From: Eubacteriales bacterium | GTDB lineage: Bacteria; Bacillota; Clostridia; Oscillospirales; CAG-272 | Direction: 5' to 3' | Length of the DNA stretch: 64,000 nt | Assembly: GCA_045123255.1 (NCBI GenBank) | Contig: JBGVIN010000104.1 | Span: 27,113-91,112 of the forward strand | In this document: positions 1 through 8,990 of the stretch, one piece after another | Position numbering within the stretch: the stretch's first letter is position 1 | Layout: each line of letters opens with the position of its first letter | Position numbers and translations under genes: made by a program | The notes under the pieces: generated by a model | What the model was told of the DNA's origin: nothing | Databases searched by the model: none | The model's input: only the letters and a program-made list of their open reading frames with translations

Positions 1-261
1 GAGCGCACGCGCTTGGTTGATACCTTAAAATCACTTTCGTTTGATATAAAGGGCTTCCGCCCCTTAAACGAGGCAATTGTCACACAGGGCGGAGTAAAAA
101 CAAGCGAAATTAACCCCTCGACTATGGAATCTCGCTTGGTTAAAGGACTTTATTTTGCAGGCGAGGTCATTGACGTAGATGCCTACACAGGCGGCTACAA
201 TTTGCAAATAGCATTTTCAACAGGCGCACTTGCGGGAAAAAGTGCCGCCGAGGCAGAATGA
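1..261 (+). CDS. NAD(P)/FAD-dependent oxidoreductase (HI0933/BaiN-like flavoprotein), C-terminal fragment; 5' end lies outside the window
   Basis: Open frame from base 1. The C-terminal motif LYFAGEVIDVDAYTGGYNLQIAFSTG is typical of the HI0933-like flavoprotein family. Confidence 0.6.
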   Translation, partial: ERTRLVDTLKSLSFDIKGFRPLNEAIVTQGGVKTSEINPSTMESRLVKGLYFAGEVIDVDAYTGGYNLQIAFSTGALAGKSAAEAE

Positions 262-313
262 TAGGGGCTTTCCCTACGAACTTTTCAAAAAATATTCATT
301 TTGGAGGAGAAAT

Positions 314-979
314 ATGAAAATCGCACTTGACGGACCAAGCGGCTCGGGCAAAAGCACGGTTGCAAAGGCACTTGCAAAAAAGCTTGGTATTATTTACGTT
401 GACACGGGCGCACTTTATCGAACGATAGGTCTTTACACTAAGCAAAGAGGGGTTAGCAAGCAGGATACGCCGAATATAATTAAGCTCCTTCCCGAAATCA
501 ATCTTAGTATGGAATTTATAAACGGCGAGCAAATAGTTACCTTAAACGGCGTTAACGTCGGAGATACGATAAGAACGGGTGAGATTGCAATGTACGCATC
601 AAGCGTGTCAGCAATTCCCGAGGTGCGCGCATTCCTTCTCGAAACTCAAAGAAAGATAGCACGCGAAAACAGCGTGGTTATGGACGGACGCGATATCGGC
701 ACGGTTATTTTGCCCGATGCCGAGGTTAAAATTTTTATGTTCGCCTCTCCCGAGTCAAGAGCCGAAAGACGATACAAGGAGCTTATAGCCAAGGGCGAAA
801 ATTGCACGTATGAAAGCGTGCTTAGCGATATAAAGCTTCGCGACCATAATGATTCAACAAGAGAAGCCGCGCCCGCTATCCCGGCAAGCGATGCGGTTCT
901 TCTCGATAATTCCCATCTCGATATAGACGCAACGGTTGATGCCGTTATAGAAATTATTAAATCGAAGGTGCAGCTATGA
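314..979 (+). CDS. cmk: cytidylate kinase
   Basis: MKIALDGPSGSGKST P-loop at the N-terminus. GGAGGAG RBS lies 4-10 nt upstream of the ATG at 314. Stop overlaps the next start (ATGA). The track ORF start at 230 is judged too far upstream. Confidence 0.9.
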   Translation: MKIALDGPSGSGKSTVAKALAKKLGIIYVDTGALYRTIGLYTKQRGVSKQDTPNIIKLLPEINLSMEFINGEQIVTLNGVNVGDTIRTGEIAMYASSVSAIPEVRAFLLETQRKIARENSVVMDGRDIGTVILPDAEVKIFMFASPESRAERRYKELIAKGENCTYESVLSDIKLRDHNDSTREAAPAIPASDAVLLDNSHLDIDATVDAVIEIIKSKVQL

Positions 980-1659
980 AAAGATACAACTTTATAAAGG
1001 CAATTCTCGGATGGCTTTTCAGAATAATATTCCGTATAAAATACGTTAACCGCGAAAAGCAGCCGCCTATGGGCACACCGTATATCGTATGCTCAAATCA
1101 CGCGCATTTCTTTGACGTTGTTCCGATAGGACTTGCCTTGAAGCCGCAAATTCACTTTATGGCAAAAAAAGAGGTATTCAAAACACCGTTTCTTCGCGGT
1201 GTTGCTAAAATTATGGGCGCATATCCCGTCAACCGCGGAGGCAGCGATATTAGTGCTATCAAAAAAACTATTGAAATACTAAAAAGCGGCGAATGCGTCG
1301 GCATTTTCCCGCAGGGCACAAGATGCTCGTATATTGACCCGTCTCTTACTGAGCCAAAGGAGGGCATCGGCGTTATCGCTTCACGCGCAGGCGTTGGCAT
1401 TTTGCCCGTTTGTGTAAGAACGAAGCGCAATAAAATGGGCGTTTTCAGAAAAACCGAGATTGTAATAGGCGACTATATACCGCCAAAGGAGCTTGAATTT
1501 CCCGAGCTTAGCGGTATGGAAAAGCATAAGGCTATAACAAATCTTGCGTTCAGTCAGATTTGTAAAATGAACAACGAGATTGAAAGAAAGCCGCTGCCAC
1601 CCGAGAAAACCGAGAAAATCCTTGACGAAATTAACCGAAAGATGCATAAAACAAAATGA
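976..1659 (+). CDS. plsC: 1-acyl-sn-glycerol-3-phosphate acyltransferase
   Basis: HX4D motif (NHAHFFD) and FPQGTR motif. Translationally coupled to cmk and ispH by 4-nt overlaps. Confidence 0.8.
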   Translation: MKRYNFIKAILGWLFRIIFRIKYVNREKQPPMGTPYIVCSNHAHFFDVVPIGLALKPQIHFMAKKEVFKTPFLRGVAKIMGAYPVNRGGSDISAIKKTIEILKSGECVGIFPQGTRCSYIDPSLTEPKEGIGVIASRAGVGILPVCVRTKRNKMGVFRKTEIVIGDYIPPKELEFPELSGMEKHKAITNLAFSQICKMNNEIERKPLPPEKTEKILDEINRKMHKTK

Positions 1660-3713
1660 TTAGAGTAGCAAAGAATGCAGGTTTCTGCTTCGGTGTGCGC
1701 CGCGCAACCGACACGCTTGAGGGGCTTATAGCAAATAAAACGGAAAACGATATTATTTGCACTCTTGGCAAGCTTATTCACAACGAGCAGTATAGCGAGT
1801 ATTTAAGAAAAAACGGCGTTTTGGAAATAAGCGGCGACCAAATCGACGAGCTTTATAGGACCTCACTTTCGGGCAAGCGCGTTACCGTTGTTATAAGAAC
1901 GCACGGAGTGGTGAGGTCGCTTCAGGACAAGCTCAATTTATGCGCAAAAAATTCACCGAGCTTTTTCGTGGTTGATTCAACCTGTCCGTACGTCAAAAAA
2001 ATCCACAAAATCGCCGAGGAAAATTCATCTGAAAACGAAATTTTCGTGGTTATCGGGCAAAGGGAGCATCCTGAGGTTGAGTCAATTGTCAGCTACGCAA
2101 AGCACAGATGTGAGGTTTTTCCGAACGAAACGGAGCTTGAGGAGTTTTTGAAGGACGCAAATATCGCTCAAAACGGTATAAATATGGCTGCTCAAACCAC
2201 TCAAAAGCTAACAATGTGGGAAAAATGTCAAAAAATTCTCAAAAACTACTGTACAAATGCAAAAATTTTTGATACAATATGTAGTGTTACTGAAAATAGA
2301 CAGGTTGAAGCCGCTTCCTTAGCAAGGGACTCCGACGTCGTTTTCGTTATAGGTGGCAAGGACAGCTCAAACACCTCAAAGCTTGCACAGGTTTGTGCAT
2401 CCTTATGCGAAAGGACGTTTTGGATTCAAACAAAGGACGACATTGAGCTTGATAAAATCGGTGGCGCAAAAAATATTAGTATAACTGCCGGGGCTTCCAC
2501 CCCCGATAGTTTAATCATGGAGGTAAAAGAAACAATGAGCGAAATTATGATGGAAGAAAACTTTGCAGAGCTTTTCGCTAAGGAATGCGAGAACGGAGCA
2601 AAGGTTAAAATATACACAGGAGCAACAGTTACCGGTACAGTTATGTCGATTTCCGAAAACGAAATCCGTCTTGACCTCGGCACCAAGGTTACAGGTGTTA
2701 TCACACGTGACCAAATTACCGACTCAAACGACGAAAAGCTGTCTGACCTTTTCAAAATCGGCGACGCAGTAGACGCATCTGTTGTTAGTGTTAGCGACAG
2801 AGACGGCATCGCAATTCTTTCAAAGAAGAAGATTGACGGTGTTAAGAACTGGGAAAAGATCGTTGCATATCAAGCAAGCAACGAAACAGTTTCAGCAAAG
2901 ATTACAGAAGCAACCAAGGGTGGCGTTGTTGCAGTTATCGACGGCGTTAGAGTATTTATCCCTGCTTCAATGACAGGTATTGCCAAGGACGGCGATATGA
3001 ACGCTTTGGTTGGCACAACTCAAGAGGTTAAGGTTGTTGAAATTAAGGACGATAAGAAGAAGGCTATCGCTTCAATAAAGGCAATCTTGCGCGAAAAGAG
3101 AAAGGCTGAGAAGGAAGCATTCTGGGCAAGCGTTAAAGAGGGTATGGTATTCGAGGGTACTGTTAAGTCCCTTGCAAGCTACGGTGCTTTCGTTGACCTT
3201 GGCGTTGTTGACGGTCTTGTACATATCACAGAGCTTTCATGGAAGCGTCTTAAGCACCCAAGCGAGGTTGTTAGCGTTGGCGACAAGCTTACAGTATTCG
3301 TAAAATCAGTTGATAAGGAAAACGGCAAAATCTCACTCGGTCACAAGACAGACGACCAAAATCCTTGGAACATCTTCAAGTCACAATACGCTGAGGGTGA
3401 CGTTGCTGAGGTTAAGGTTGTTGGCATTACAACATTCGGCGCATTTGCACAGGTTGTTCCGGGCGTTGACGGACTTATCCACATCAGCCAAATCGCAGAC
3501 AAGAAGATTGACTCCGTTGCAAACGTACTCAAGGTTGGCGACGTTTTAGAGGCAAAGATTGTTGGCATCGATGAAGAAAACCACAAGGTTTCACTCTCAT
3601 CACGCGCACTTCTCGAAACAGAAGAGGATGCTGAGGAAGCAGTTGAAGAAGCAGCTGAGGAAGCAGTTGAAGAAGCAGCAGCTGAGGAAGCTACCGAGGA
3701 AACAGCTGAATAA
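1656..3713 (+). CDS. ispH: bifunctional 4-hydroxy-3-methylbut-2-enyl diphosphate reductase / ribosomal protein S1 (IspH-S1 fusion)
   Basis: N-terminal LytB/IspH region (AKNAGFCFGVRRA, TCPYV, SSNT) followed by four S1 repeats (GxV..V..fGaFV). Acidic EEAxEEA tail encoded by a short coding tandem repeat. Confidence 0.9.
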   Translation: MIRVAKNAGFCFGVRRATDTLEGLIANKTENDIICTLGKLIHNEQYSEYLRKNGVLEISGDQIDELYRTSLSGKRVTVVIRTHGVVRSLQDKLNLCAKNSPSFFVVDSTCPYVKKIHKIAEENSSENEIFVVIGQREHPEVESIVSYAKHRCEVFPNETELEEFLKDANIAQNGINMAAQTTQKLTMWEKCQKILKNYCTNAKIFDTICSVTENRQVEAASLARDSDVVFVIGGKDSSNTSKLAQVCASLCERTFWIQTKDDIELDKIGGAKNISITAGASTPDSLIMEVKETMSEIMMEENFAELFAKECENGAKVKIYTGATVTGTVMSISENEIRLDLGTKVTGVITRDQITDSNDEKLSDLFKIGDAVDASVVSVSDRDGIAILSKKKIDGVKNWEKIVAYQASNETVSAKITEATKGGVVAVIDGVRVFIPASMTGIAKDGDMNALVGTTQEVKVVEIKDDKKKAIASIKAILREKRKAEKEAFWASVKEGMVFEGTVKSLASYGAFVDLGVVDGLVHITELSWKRLKHPSEVVSVGDKLTVFVKSVDKENGKISLGHKTDDQNPWNIFKSQYAEGDVAEVKVVGITTFGAFAQVVPGVDGLIHISQIADKKIDSVANVLKVGDVLEAKIVGIDEENHKVSLSSRALLETEEDAEEAVEEAAEEAVEEAAAEEATEETAE

Positions 3714-3729
3714 TTATTATAATTAAAGA

Positions 3730-3765
3730 AAAAACCCACAAACGTTAAAGCTTGTGGGTTTTTTA
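3730..3765 (+). terminator. intrinsic terminator of the cmk-plsC-ispH operon
   Basis: ACCCACAA / TTGTGGGT stem followed by a T-run. Confidence 0.8.
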
Positions 3766-3766
3766 T

Positions 3767-3850
3767 CAAGGGGTCCTCAAACCGAAGAATGAGGTTTGGG
3801 GTTCTCGTCAAGGGGTCCTCAAACCGAAGAATGAGGTTTGGGGTTCTCTT
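3767..3850. repeat. 2 x 42-bp tandem direct repeat (CAAGGGGTCCTCAAACCGAAGAATGAGGTTTGGGGTTCTC); each unit holds a hairpin
   Basis: Two near-identical units start at 3767 and 3809. An inverted third copy lies at 18165-18201. Confidence 0.9.
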
Positions 3851-3879
3851 GCAAAAATGCCTAAGCTACCGAGCTTATA

Positions 3880-3969
3880 TTAGTGGCAGCAGCAACAAAG
3901 CACGATAACTGCAAGGACGATAATCCAAAGAGTTTCGTTCTCGAAAAGATTGCAAAGACAGTTGTTCAT
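3880..3969 (-). CDS. candidate 29-aa hydrophobic Cys-rich peptide (MNNCLCNLFENETLWIIVLAVIVLCCCCH)
   Basis: ATG preceded by GGAGTG about 12 nt upstream. Below the size cutoff of the ORF track. One predicted TM segment and a CCCCH tail. Confidence 0.3.
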   Translation of the reverse strand: MNNCLCNLFENETLWIIVLAVIVLCCCCH

Positions 3970-4065
3970 AGTATTACGGCACTCCATATGAAGTCTTCCT
4001 TTGTTTAGATTTGAGTGGCTTTCGCCCCTCTGCTATATACTATGTCGAAAAACGAAGGATGTTAC

Positions 4066-4101
4066 CGAAAAACAAAAGAAAGCATCAAAAAAGATGCTTT
4101 C
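4066..4101 (-). terminator. intrinsic terminator downstream of the 209-aa Cys-rich protein gene
   Basis: GAAAGCATC / GATGCTTTC stem, followed on the minus strand by TTTTGTTTTT. Confidence 0.75.
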
Positions 4102-4186
4102 TTAAAACCTATTGATTTATTTGAATTTTTTTGTTAATTCTAGTTGCACTTAGCTTGACAATTTATCAAAACATAACAGAAACGTT

Positions 4187-4217
4187 GTAGAAAACGGCGC
4201 CCTCGGCGTCCCGTTTT
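4187..4217. repeat. GTAG-prefixed imperfect palindrome (REP-like element)
   Basis: GTAG + AAAACGGCGCCCTCGGCGTCCCGTTTT. Shares the core ACGGCGCCCTCGRCGTCCCGTTT with 35395-35424. Confidence 0.7.
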
Positions 4218-4226
4218 GCGGTTATA

Positions 4227-4856
4227 TTATTTAAGATGCAATTCAGTCTTGCCCAAAAATTCGTGAGCCGCCTCGCTATCGCGAAGCTCGATTTTCGTGC
4301 TTGCACCGCATTTTTTACATTCCACGCGCACACAGCCATTGTCAACCGTGGCAAGAAATTCACCCTCGCCCTCTTTGCAAAGGCAGAAAATTTTGCCCTC
4401 CTCGCAAAGGTCGCTTATAACGTAGCTGACCATATCAAAAAGTGCAGGGTCGTAGTCGTTTTTTGCTTCACTTTGAAATTCGTCAATGCCTGCCTCGCCA
4501 AGAGATTTCATAATCTCCTCGTTTGAGCGAAGCACCGCATCGGCAACGGCGCGCTCCCCACCGATAAAGCAAATGTCAATGCCCGAAAGGGAGCATGGGA
4601 TTACAAAAATATCGCTTCCAAAAAATACGTTATTTGAAATTATATACGAGTGTGGCTTAGGACAAACCACGCAGGGCACAGTCAAGCGGAGCTTGTCGCC
4701 CTCAATTTTCTCAACCGTTAAAACGCTTTCCCCACAGGAGCATTTTAGCTTGAAAAGATTTCCGCTTAGAGAAAACGCACCAACCATTGACGTCGGCACA
4801 GAGCCACAGTGCGGGCATCTATATGCAAGAGTTGTTTTCTTTTGGTCAATAATCAT
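4227..4856 (-). CDS. hypothetical Cys-rich protein with zinc-ribbon-like CxxC pairs
   Basis: 209-aa ORF with CPHCG, CSCG, CVVCP and CKKCG motifs. No family recognised. Confidence 0.5.
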   Translation of the reverse strand: MIIDQKKTTLAYRCPHCGSVPTSMVGAFSLSGNLFKLKCSCGESVLTVEKIEGDKLRLTVPCVVCPKPHSYIISNNVFFGSDIFVIPCSLSGIDICFIGGERAVADAVLRSNEEIMKSLGEAGIDEFQSEAKNDYDPALFDMVSYVISDLCEEGKIFCLCKEGEGEFLATVDNGCVRVECKKCGASTKIELRDSEAAHEFLGKTELHLK

Positions 4857-4960
4857 AATAACACCTACTCAAATTAAAAGCATTAAATTAAGAAAATTAT
4901 ACAATAAATATATATAAATGTCAATACCGTTGACGTCGATAAAAAGAAAGGAGAAGGAAA

Positions 4961-7339
4961 ATGAAGTGTGTTTACGATATAGAAACGGATGGCGTGTACG
5001 TTAACGTAAACGACCTTGCCGCTTATATCTACCGCGGCGGAGATATAAGCACACGTATGCTTGCGGGCAACAAAAACGGCGGCGCAATAGTCAGCCACCG
5101 TATTCACGAAAAAATTCCGAACATTGTCGATGCCTACACCTTCACAACGCTTGACAGTGGCACGAAAATTACGCTTTATACCTTCTCTGAAAGTGTAAGA
5201 GAGGATGCGCTCGGTTATAGAATTGACTCCGTTCACTCCGTGCCTTACCGTCTTGACGATATAGAAAACGGAGAGCTTGAAATTGCGATAAAATCCGCAC
5301 TTTTGTCCGCCTATATAATGTGCGAAAAATCAAAGCAGACAAGCGTTAAAATAAACGTTAGCTTTTTCCGTGACGGCACAGACGAGGTAAGGGAATTTTC
5401 AAAGGTAGTCACAAGAGAGGAATTAACCCTTGAATTTGAAAGAGCAATAAAGCTCTTTTCACCGTTTGCTAAAATAATTAAGGAAAAAAAGACGAAGCTC
5501 CGTCACGAGCTTGAAGCGCTTTCCTTCCCATTTAAGGGCGGCGCGCGTGACGGTCAGCGCGAGCTTATAGTTGAAGCGTTTAAGTCAATCCACGCGCACA
5601 AAAGATTAGTTGCCGAAGCACCCACAGGCACAGGCAAAACGATGGCAACCTTATACCCCGCCTTAAAATCACTCGGTCAAGGCTACGGGGATAAGATATT
5701 TTATTTCACGGGCAAAACCACAACGGCGCTTTCAGCACTTGGCGCAATTGATATTATGCGTGACCAAATCCCCTCAATGCGCGCAATTCATATCTCCTCA
5801 AAGGACAAATGCTGCGTTAGCTTCCGCCCGGCTGAGCGCCGAAAGTGCGACCCGAAGCATTGTCAGGTAACGCGCGGCTATTACGATAGAATAAACGACG
5901 CTCTTTTGGAGCTTCTTCAAAATTACAGAACGTACACCAAGGAAATTATAGATAAAGTAAGCGAAAAATATGCACTTTGTGCATACGAGCTTTCCTTGGA
6001 GCTTTCCGAATGGTGCGAGCTTGTCGTTTGCGATTATAACTACCTCTTTGACCTAAACGCATATCTTCGCCGCTACTTTGAATTTCCCGACGGCGCAAAG
6101 AATATATTTTTAATTGACGAGGCGCACAACCTGCCCGACAGAGCAAGAGAAATGTACTCCGTCACCCTTTCCCGTTCACAGTTTGTCGCACTTAGCGAGC
6201 GGTACTCGGGCGATAAATTCCTTGGCGAGCCACTCGGTGCGGTTCTCAACCGCTTCGATTTATACTACGAGCTTGCAATGGCGGAAAAACAGGAAATAGA
6301 GGGGGAGGTGTGCGGATTTTACATAAATTCGCAAATTGACGAGGACTTAACCGTGCCCTTTGAAAACCTGATAGCTGGCATAAAAAAGCATTTTAACAGA
6401 GAAACGGACGATGACGAATTATATTCCATCTATATCGACATCAAAAAGCTAATCGCAGTTTCCGAAATTTTCGATAAGCGCTTTACTATGTATATTGAAG
6501 CCATAGGTGATGACGTAAAGCTGCGCTTAATGTGCCTTGACCCATCATATCAGCTTGACGAGAAAATGAAAAAAGGCGTATCAAGCATTCTTTTTTCGGC
6601 AACCTTAACTCCGCTTGAATACTTTGCGGACGTGCTTGGATGTGCAAAATCCCCGACCCTGTCTCTAAAATCGCCTTTTGATAAGAAAAAATTGTGCTTG
6701 GTTGGCGTTAAAACCGTGTCCACTCGCTACGAGGACAGAAAAAAGAGCGCAACAGCCGTGGCAAACGTAATCCGCGCCTCGGTCGAGGGCAAGGCTGGTA
6801 ACTATATTGTGTATTTTCCATCATATGCTTATCTTGAAGAGGTAAAGGAAATTTTTGAGAAAAAGTATCCGAAAATCAACGTTACCTGTCAAAAAAGGAG
6901 TATGTCGGAGCGCTCGAAAATCGAGTTCCTTGATAGCTTTGATGCTAAAAAGGAGGGGACCCTTGTCGGTTTTTGCGTCCTTGGCGGCAGCTTTTCTGAG
7001 GGAATTGACCTTCGCGGAGAGCGACTTATCGGCGCAATAATAGTCGGTGTCGGGCTTCCCACAATTTCAAGCGAGCAAAACATTATAAAGGAATATTACG
7101 ATAAAACCCGTGAAACAGGCTATGCCTACGCCTACACTTACCCCGGTATGATAAAGGTTACGCAGGCGGCAGGCAGAGTAATACGAAGCGAGGACGAAAA
7201 GGGTGTCGTTGTTTTGGTTGACGATCGATTTGCCACACCTGAGTATTTTTCACTGTTTCCCGATTATTGGAAGCACGTAAAATATATCGATAACGCACGC
7301 GAATTACTTAATCAAGTTACTGAATTTTGGAAAAAATAA
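4961..7339 (+). CDS. ATP-dependent DNA helicase, DinG/XPD (Rad3) family, with Fe-S cluster cysteines and an N-terminal extension of about 190 aa
   Basis: Walker A AEAPTGTGKT; DEAH box (IDEAHNL). Cys cluster CCVSF..KCDPKHC..CAYE lies between them. C-terminal helicase motif QAAGRVIRSEDEKG. Confidence 0.8.
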   Translation: MKCVYDIETDGVYVNVNDLAAYIYRGGDISTRMLAGNKNGGAIVSHRIHEKIPNIVDAYTFTTLDSGTKITLYTFSESVREDALGYRIDSVHSVPYRLDDIENGELEIAIKSALLSAYIMCEKSKQTSVKINVSFFRDGTDEVREFSKVVTREELTLEFERAIKLFSPFAKIIKEKKTKLRHELEALSFPFKGGARDGQRELIVEAFKSIHAHKRLVAEAPTGTGKTMATLYPALKSLGQGYGDKIFYFTGKTTTALSALGAIDIMRDQIPSMRAIHISSKDKCCVSFRPAERRKCDPKHCQVTRGYYDRINDALLELLQNYRTYTKEIIDKVSEKYALCAYELSLELSEWCELVVCDYNYLFDLNAYLRRYFEFPDGAKNIFLIDEAHNLPDRAREMYSVTLSRSQFVALSERYSGDKFLGEPLGAVLNRFDLYYELAMAEKQEIEGEVCGFYINSQIDEDLTVPFENLIAGIKKHFNRETDDDELYSIYIDIKKLIAVSEIFDKRFTMYIEAIGDDVKLRLMCLDPSYQLDEKMKKGVSSILFSATLTPLEYFADVLGCAKSPTLSLKSPFDKKKLCLVGVKTVSTRYEDRKKSATAVANVIRASVEGKAGNYIVYFPSYAYLEEVKEIFEKKYPKINVTCQKRSMSERSKIEFLDSFDAKKEGTLVGFCVLGGSFSEGIDLRGERLIGAIIVGVGLPTISSEQNIIKEYYDKTRETGYAYAYTYPGMIKVTQAAGRVIRSEDEKGVVVLVDDRFATPEYFSLFPDYWKHVKYIDNARELLNQVTEFWKK

Positions 7340-7430
7340 CGTAAAACTATTGTAAAACCGAATTTATAGTGATATAATAAAGAATATTTTATTTATTTTG
7401 CGGGCACGCGCTCGCAAGAAAGAGGGAAAA

Positions 7431-8825
7431 ATGTTAAGGACAACTGTAAAAGAGATTTTTCAAAATCCCGAAAAATTTGCAAATAAGGAAATTACCGTTG
7501 CAGGCTGGGCAAGAACCATCCGTTCAAGCAACGCATTCGGCTTTATCGAATTAAATGACGGTAGCTATTTTACAAATCTTCAAGTCGTTTTCGAGGCGGA
7601 ATTTCTTGAAAACTATCAAGAGATTGCTAAGCAAAACGTTGGCGCATCACTTATCGTAAACGGTACTCTCGTGCTTACCCCTGATGCAAAGCAGCCGTTC
7701 GAAATCAAGGCTAAATGTGTCGAGGTTGAGGGTCAGTCAACTCCCGAATACCCACTTCAAAAGAAAAGACACACCCTTGAATACCTTCGTACAATTGCAC
7801 ACCTTCGCCCACGCTCAAACCTTTTCAGCGCAGTTTTCAGAGTGCGCTCCGTGGCGGCGTTTGCAATTCATAAATTCTTTAACGAAAGAAACTTCGTTTA
7901 CGTTCACACACCGATAATAACAGGTAGTGACTGTGAGGGCGCAGGCGAAATGTTCCGCTTAACAACTCTTGACCTTGACAATTTGCCAAGAACAGAGGAC
8001 GGAAAGATAGACTTTTCAAAGGACTTCTTTGGAAAGAGCGTTAACCTTACCGTTTCGGGTCAGTTAAGTGCTGAAACCTACGCTATGGCGTTTGCAAACG
8101 TATATACCTTCGGTCCAACCTTCCGTGCAGAGCGCTCAAACACAGCGCGCCACGCGGCTGAATTCTGGATGATGGAGCCTGAAATTGCATTTGCAGACCT
8201 TAAAGACGATATGCGTCTTGCAGAGGATATGATTAAATACGTTGTTAAGTACGTTATGGAAGAGTGCCCACGCGAGCTTGAATTCTTTAATAAGTTCGTT
8301 GACACAACCTTGCTTGACCGCTTGAACAACTTAATAAACAACGATTTCGGTCACGTTACCTACACCGAGGCAATTGAAATTCTTGAAAAGAGCGGCAAGA
8401 AGTTTGAATATCCCGTTAAATGGGGCATCGACCTTCAAACCGAGCATGAAAGATACATCACCGAGGAGGTATTCGGTAAGCCTGTTTTCGTTACCGATTA
8501 CCCTGCCGACATCAAAGCGTTCTATATGCGCCTAAACGACGACGGAAAGACCGTTGCCGCTATGGATATGTTAGTTCCGGGCGTTGGTGAGCTTATCGGC
8601 GGCTCTCAAAGAGAAGAGCGCCTTGACTACTTACTCAAGGCTATGGAAAAATTCAACTTGAACGAAGAGGACTACTGGTGGTACCTCGAGCTTCGTAAGT
8701 ACGGCGGCACAAAGCATGCAGGCTTCGGTCTTGGCTTCGAGCGTCTTATTATGTATATCACAGGCGTGGCTAACATTCGTGACGTTGAGTCGTATCCGAG
8801 AACAACCGGTTCAGCCGAATTTTGA
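7431..8825 (+). CDS. asnS: asparagine--tRNA ligase
   Basis: Class IIb aaRS. OB-fold N-terminus ([23 protein letters not shown]). Motifs [21 protein letters not shown] and [12 protein letters not shown] at 7431 follows an AGAGGGA RBS. Confidence 0.9.
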   Translation: MLRTTVKEIFQNPEKFANKEITVAGWARTIRSSNAFGFIELNDGSYFTNLQVVFEAEFLENYQEIAKQNVGASLIVNGTLVLTPDAKQPFEIKAKCVEVEGQSTPEYPLQKKRHTLEYLRTIAHLRPRSNLFSAVFRVRSVAAFAIHKFFNERNFVYVHTPIITGSDCEGAGEMFRLTTLDLDNLPRTEDGKIDFSKDFFGKSVNLTVSGQLSAETYAMAFANVYTFGPTFRAERSNTARHAAEFWMMEPEIAFADLKDDMRLAEDMIKYVVKYVMEECPRELEFFNKFVDTTLLDRLNNLINNDFGHVTYTEAIEILEKSGKKFEYPVKWGIDLQTEHERYITEEVFGKPVFVTDYPADIKAFYMRLNDDGKTVAAMDMLVPGVGELIGGSQREERLDYLLKAMEKFNLNEEDYWWYLELRKYGGTKHAGFGLGFERLIMYITGVANIRDVESYPRTTGSAEF

Positions 8826-8990
8826 TTGAGCTCCAATAAGCGTCGTTATACTTCGTTGTGCTTCGTCTTGCGCCTTGACTATGGGGGACATAGCCTTCGG
8901 CACGCGACTCCAGTACGCCTTGTCTAACTTGCTTCTTGAATCTCAAAATTTAGTACACTACCTGGAAAATCCCTTTAGGAAGGAAAACGT

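Noticed and set aside
1656-3713. The IspH-ribosomal protein S1 fusion as a novel architecture.
   Set aside because: This fusion is widespread and well known in Clostridia, so it is reported only as a feature.
2426-3811. Long antisense or out-of-frame ORFs inside ispH-S1 (for example 3341-3811 minus, 156 aa), and similar ORFs inside nrdD, the GH genes, the lipoprotein genes and the S8 protease.
   Set aside because: They are shadow ORFs of strongly supported genes, with low-complexity or Ser/Thr/Ala-rich translations. There are no start signals.
8826-8990. GC-rich 165-nt intergenic region between asnS and the aminotransferase gene, with partially inverted ends (GAGCTCCAATAAGC ... GCTTCTTGAATCTC) and a central CTATG-GGGGA-CATAG hairpin. 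Considered as a T-box, riboswitch, 6S-like RNA or MITE.
   Set aside because: Hand folding gives only patchy pairing beyond the ends and the central hairpin. No T-box specifier or T-box sequence is present, no known riboswitch core motif was recognised, and it is too short for 6S RNA. No second copy occurs in the window. Left unassigned.
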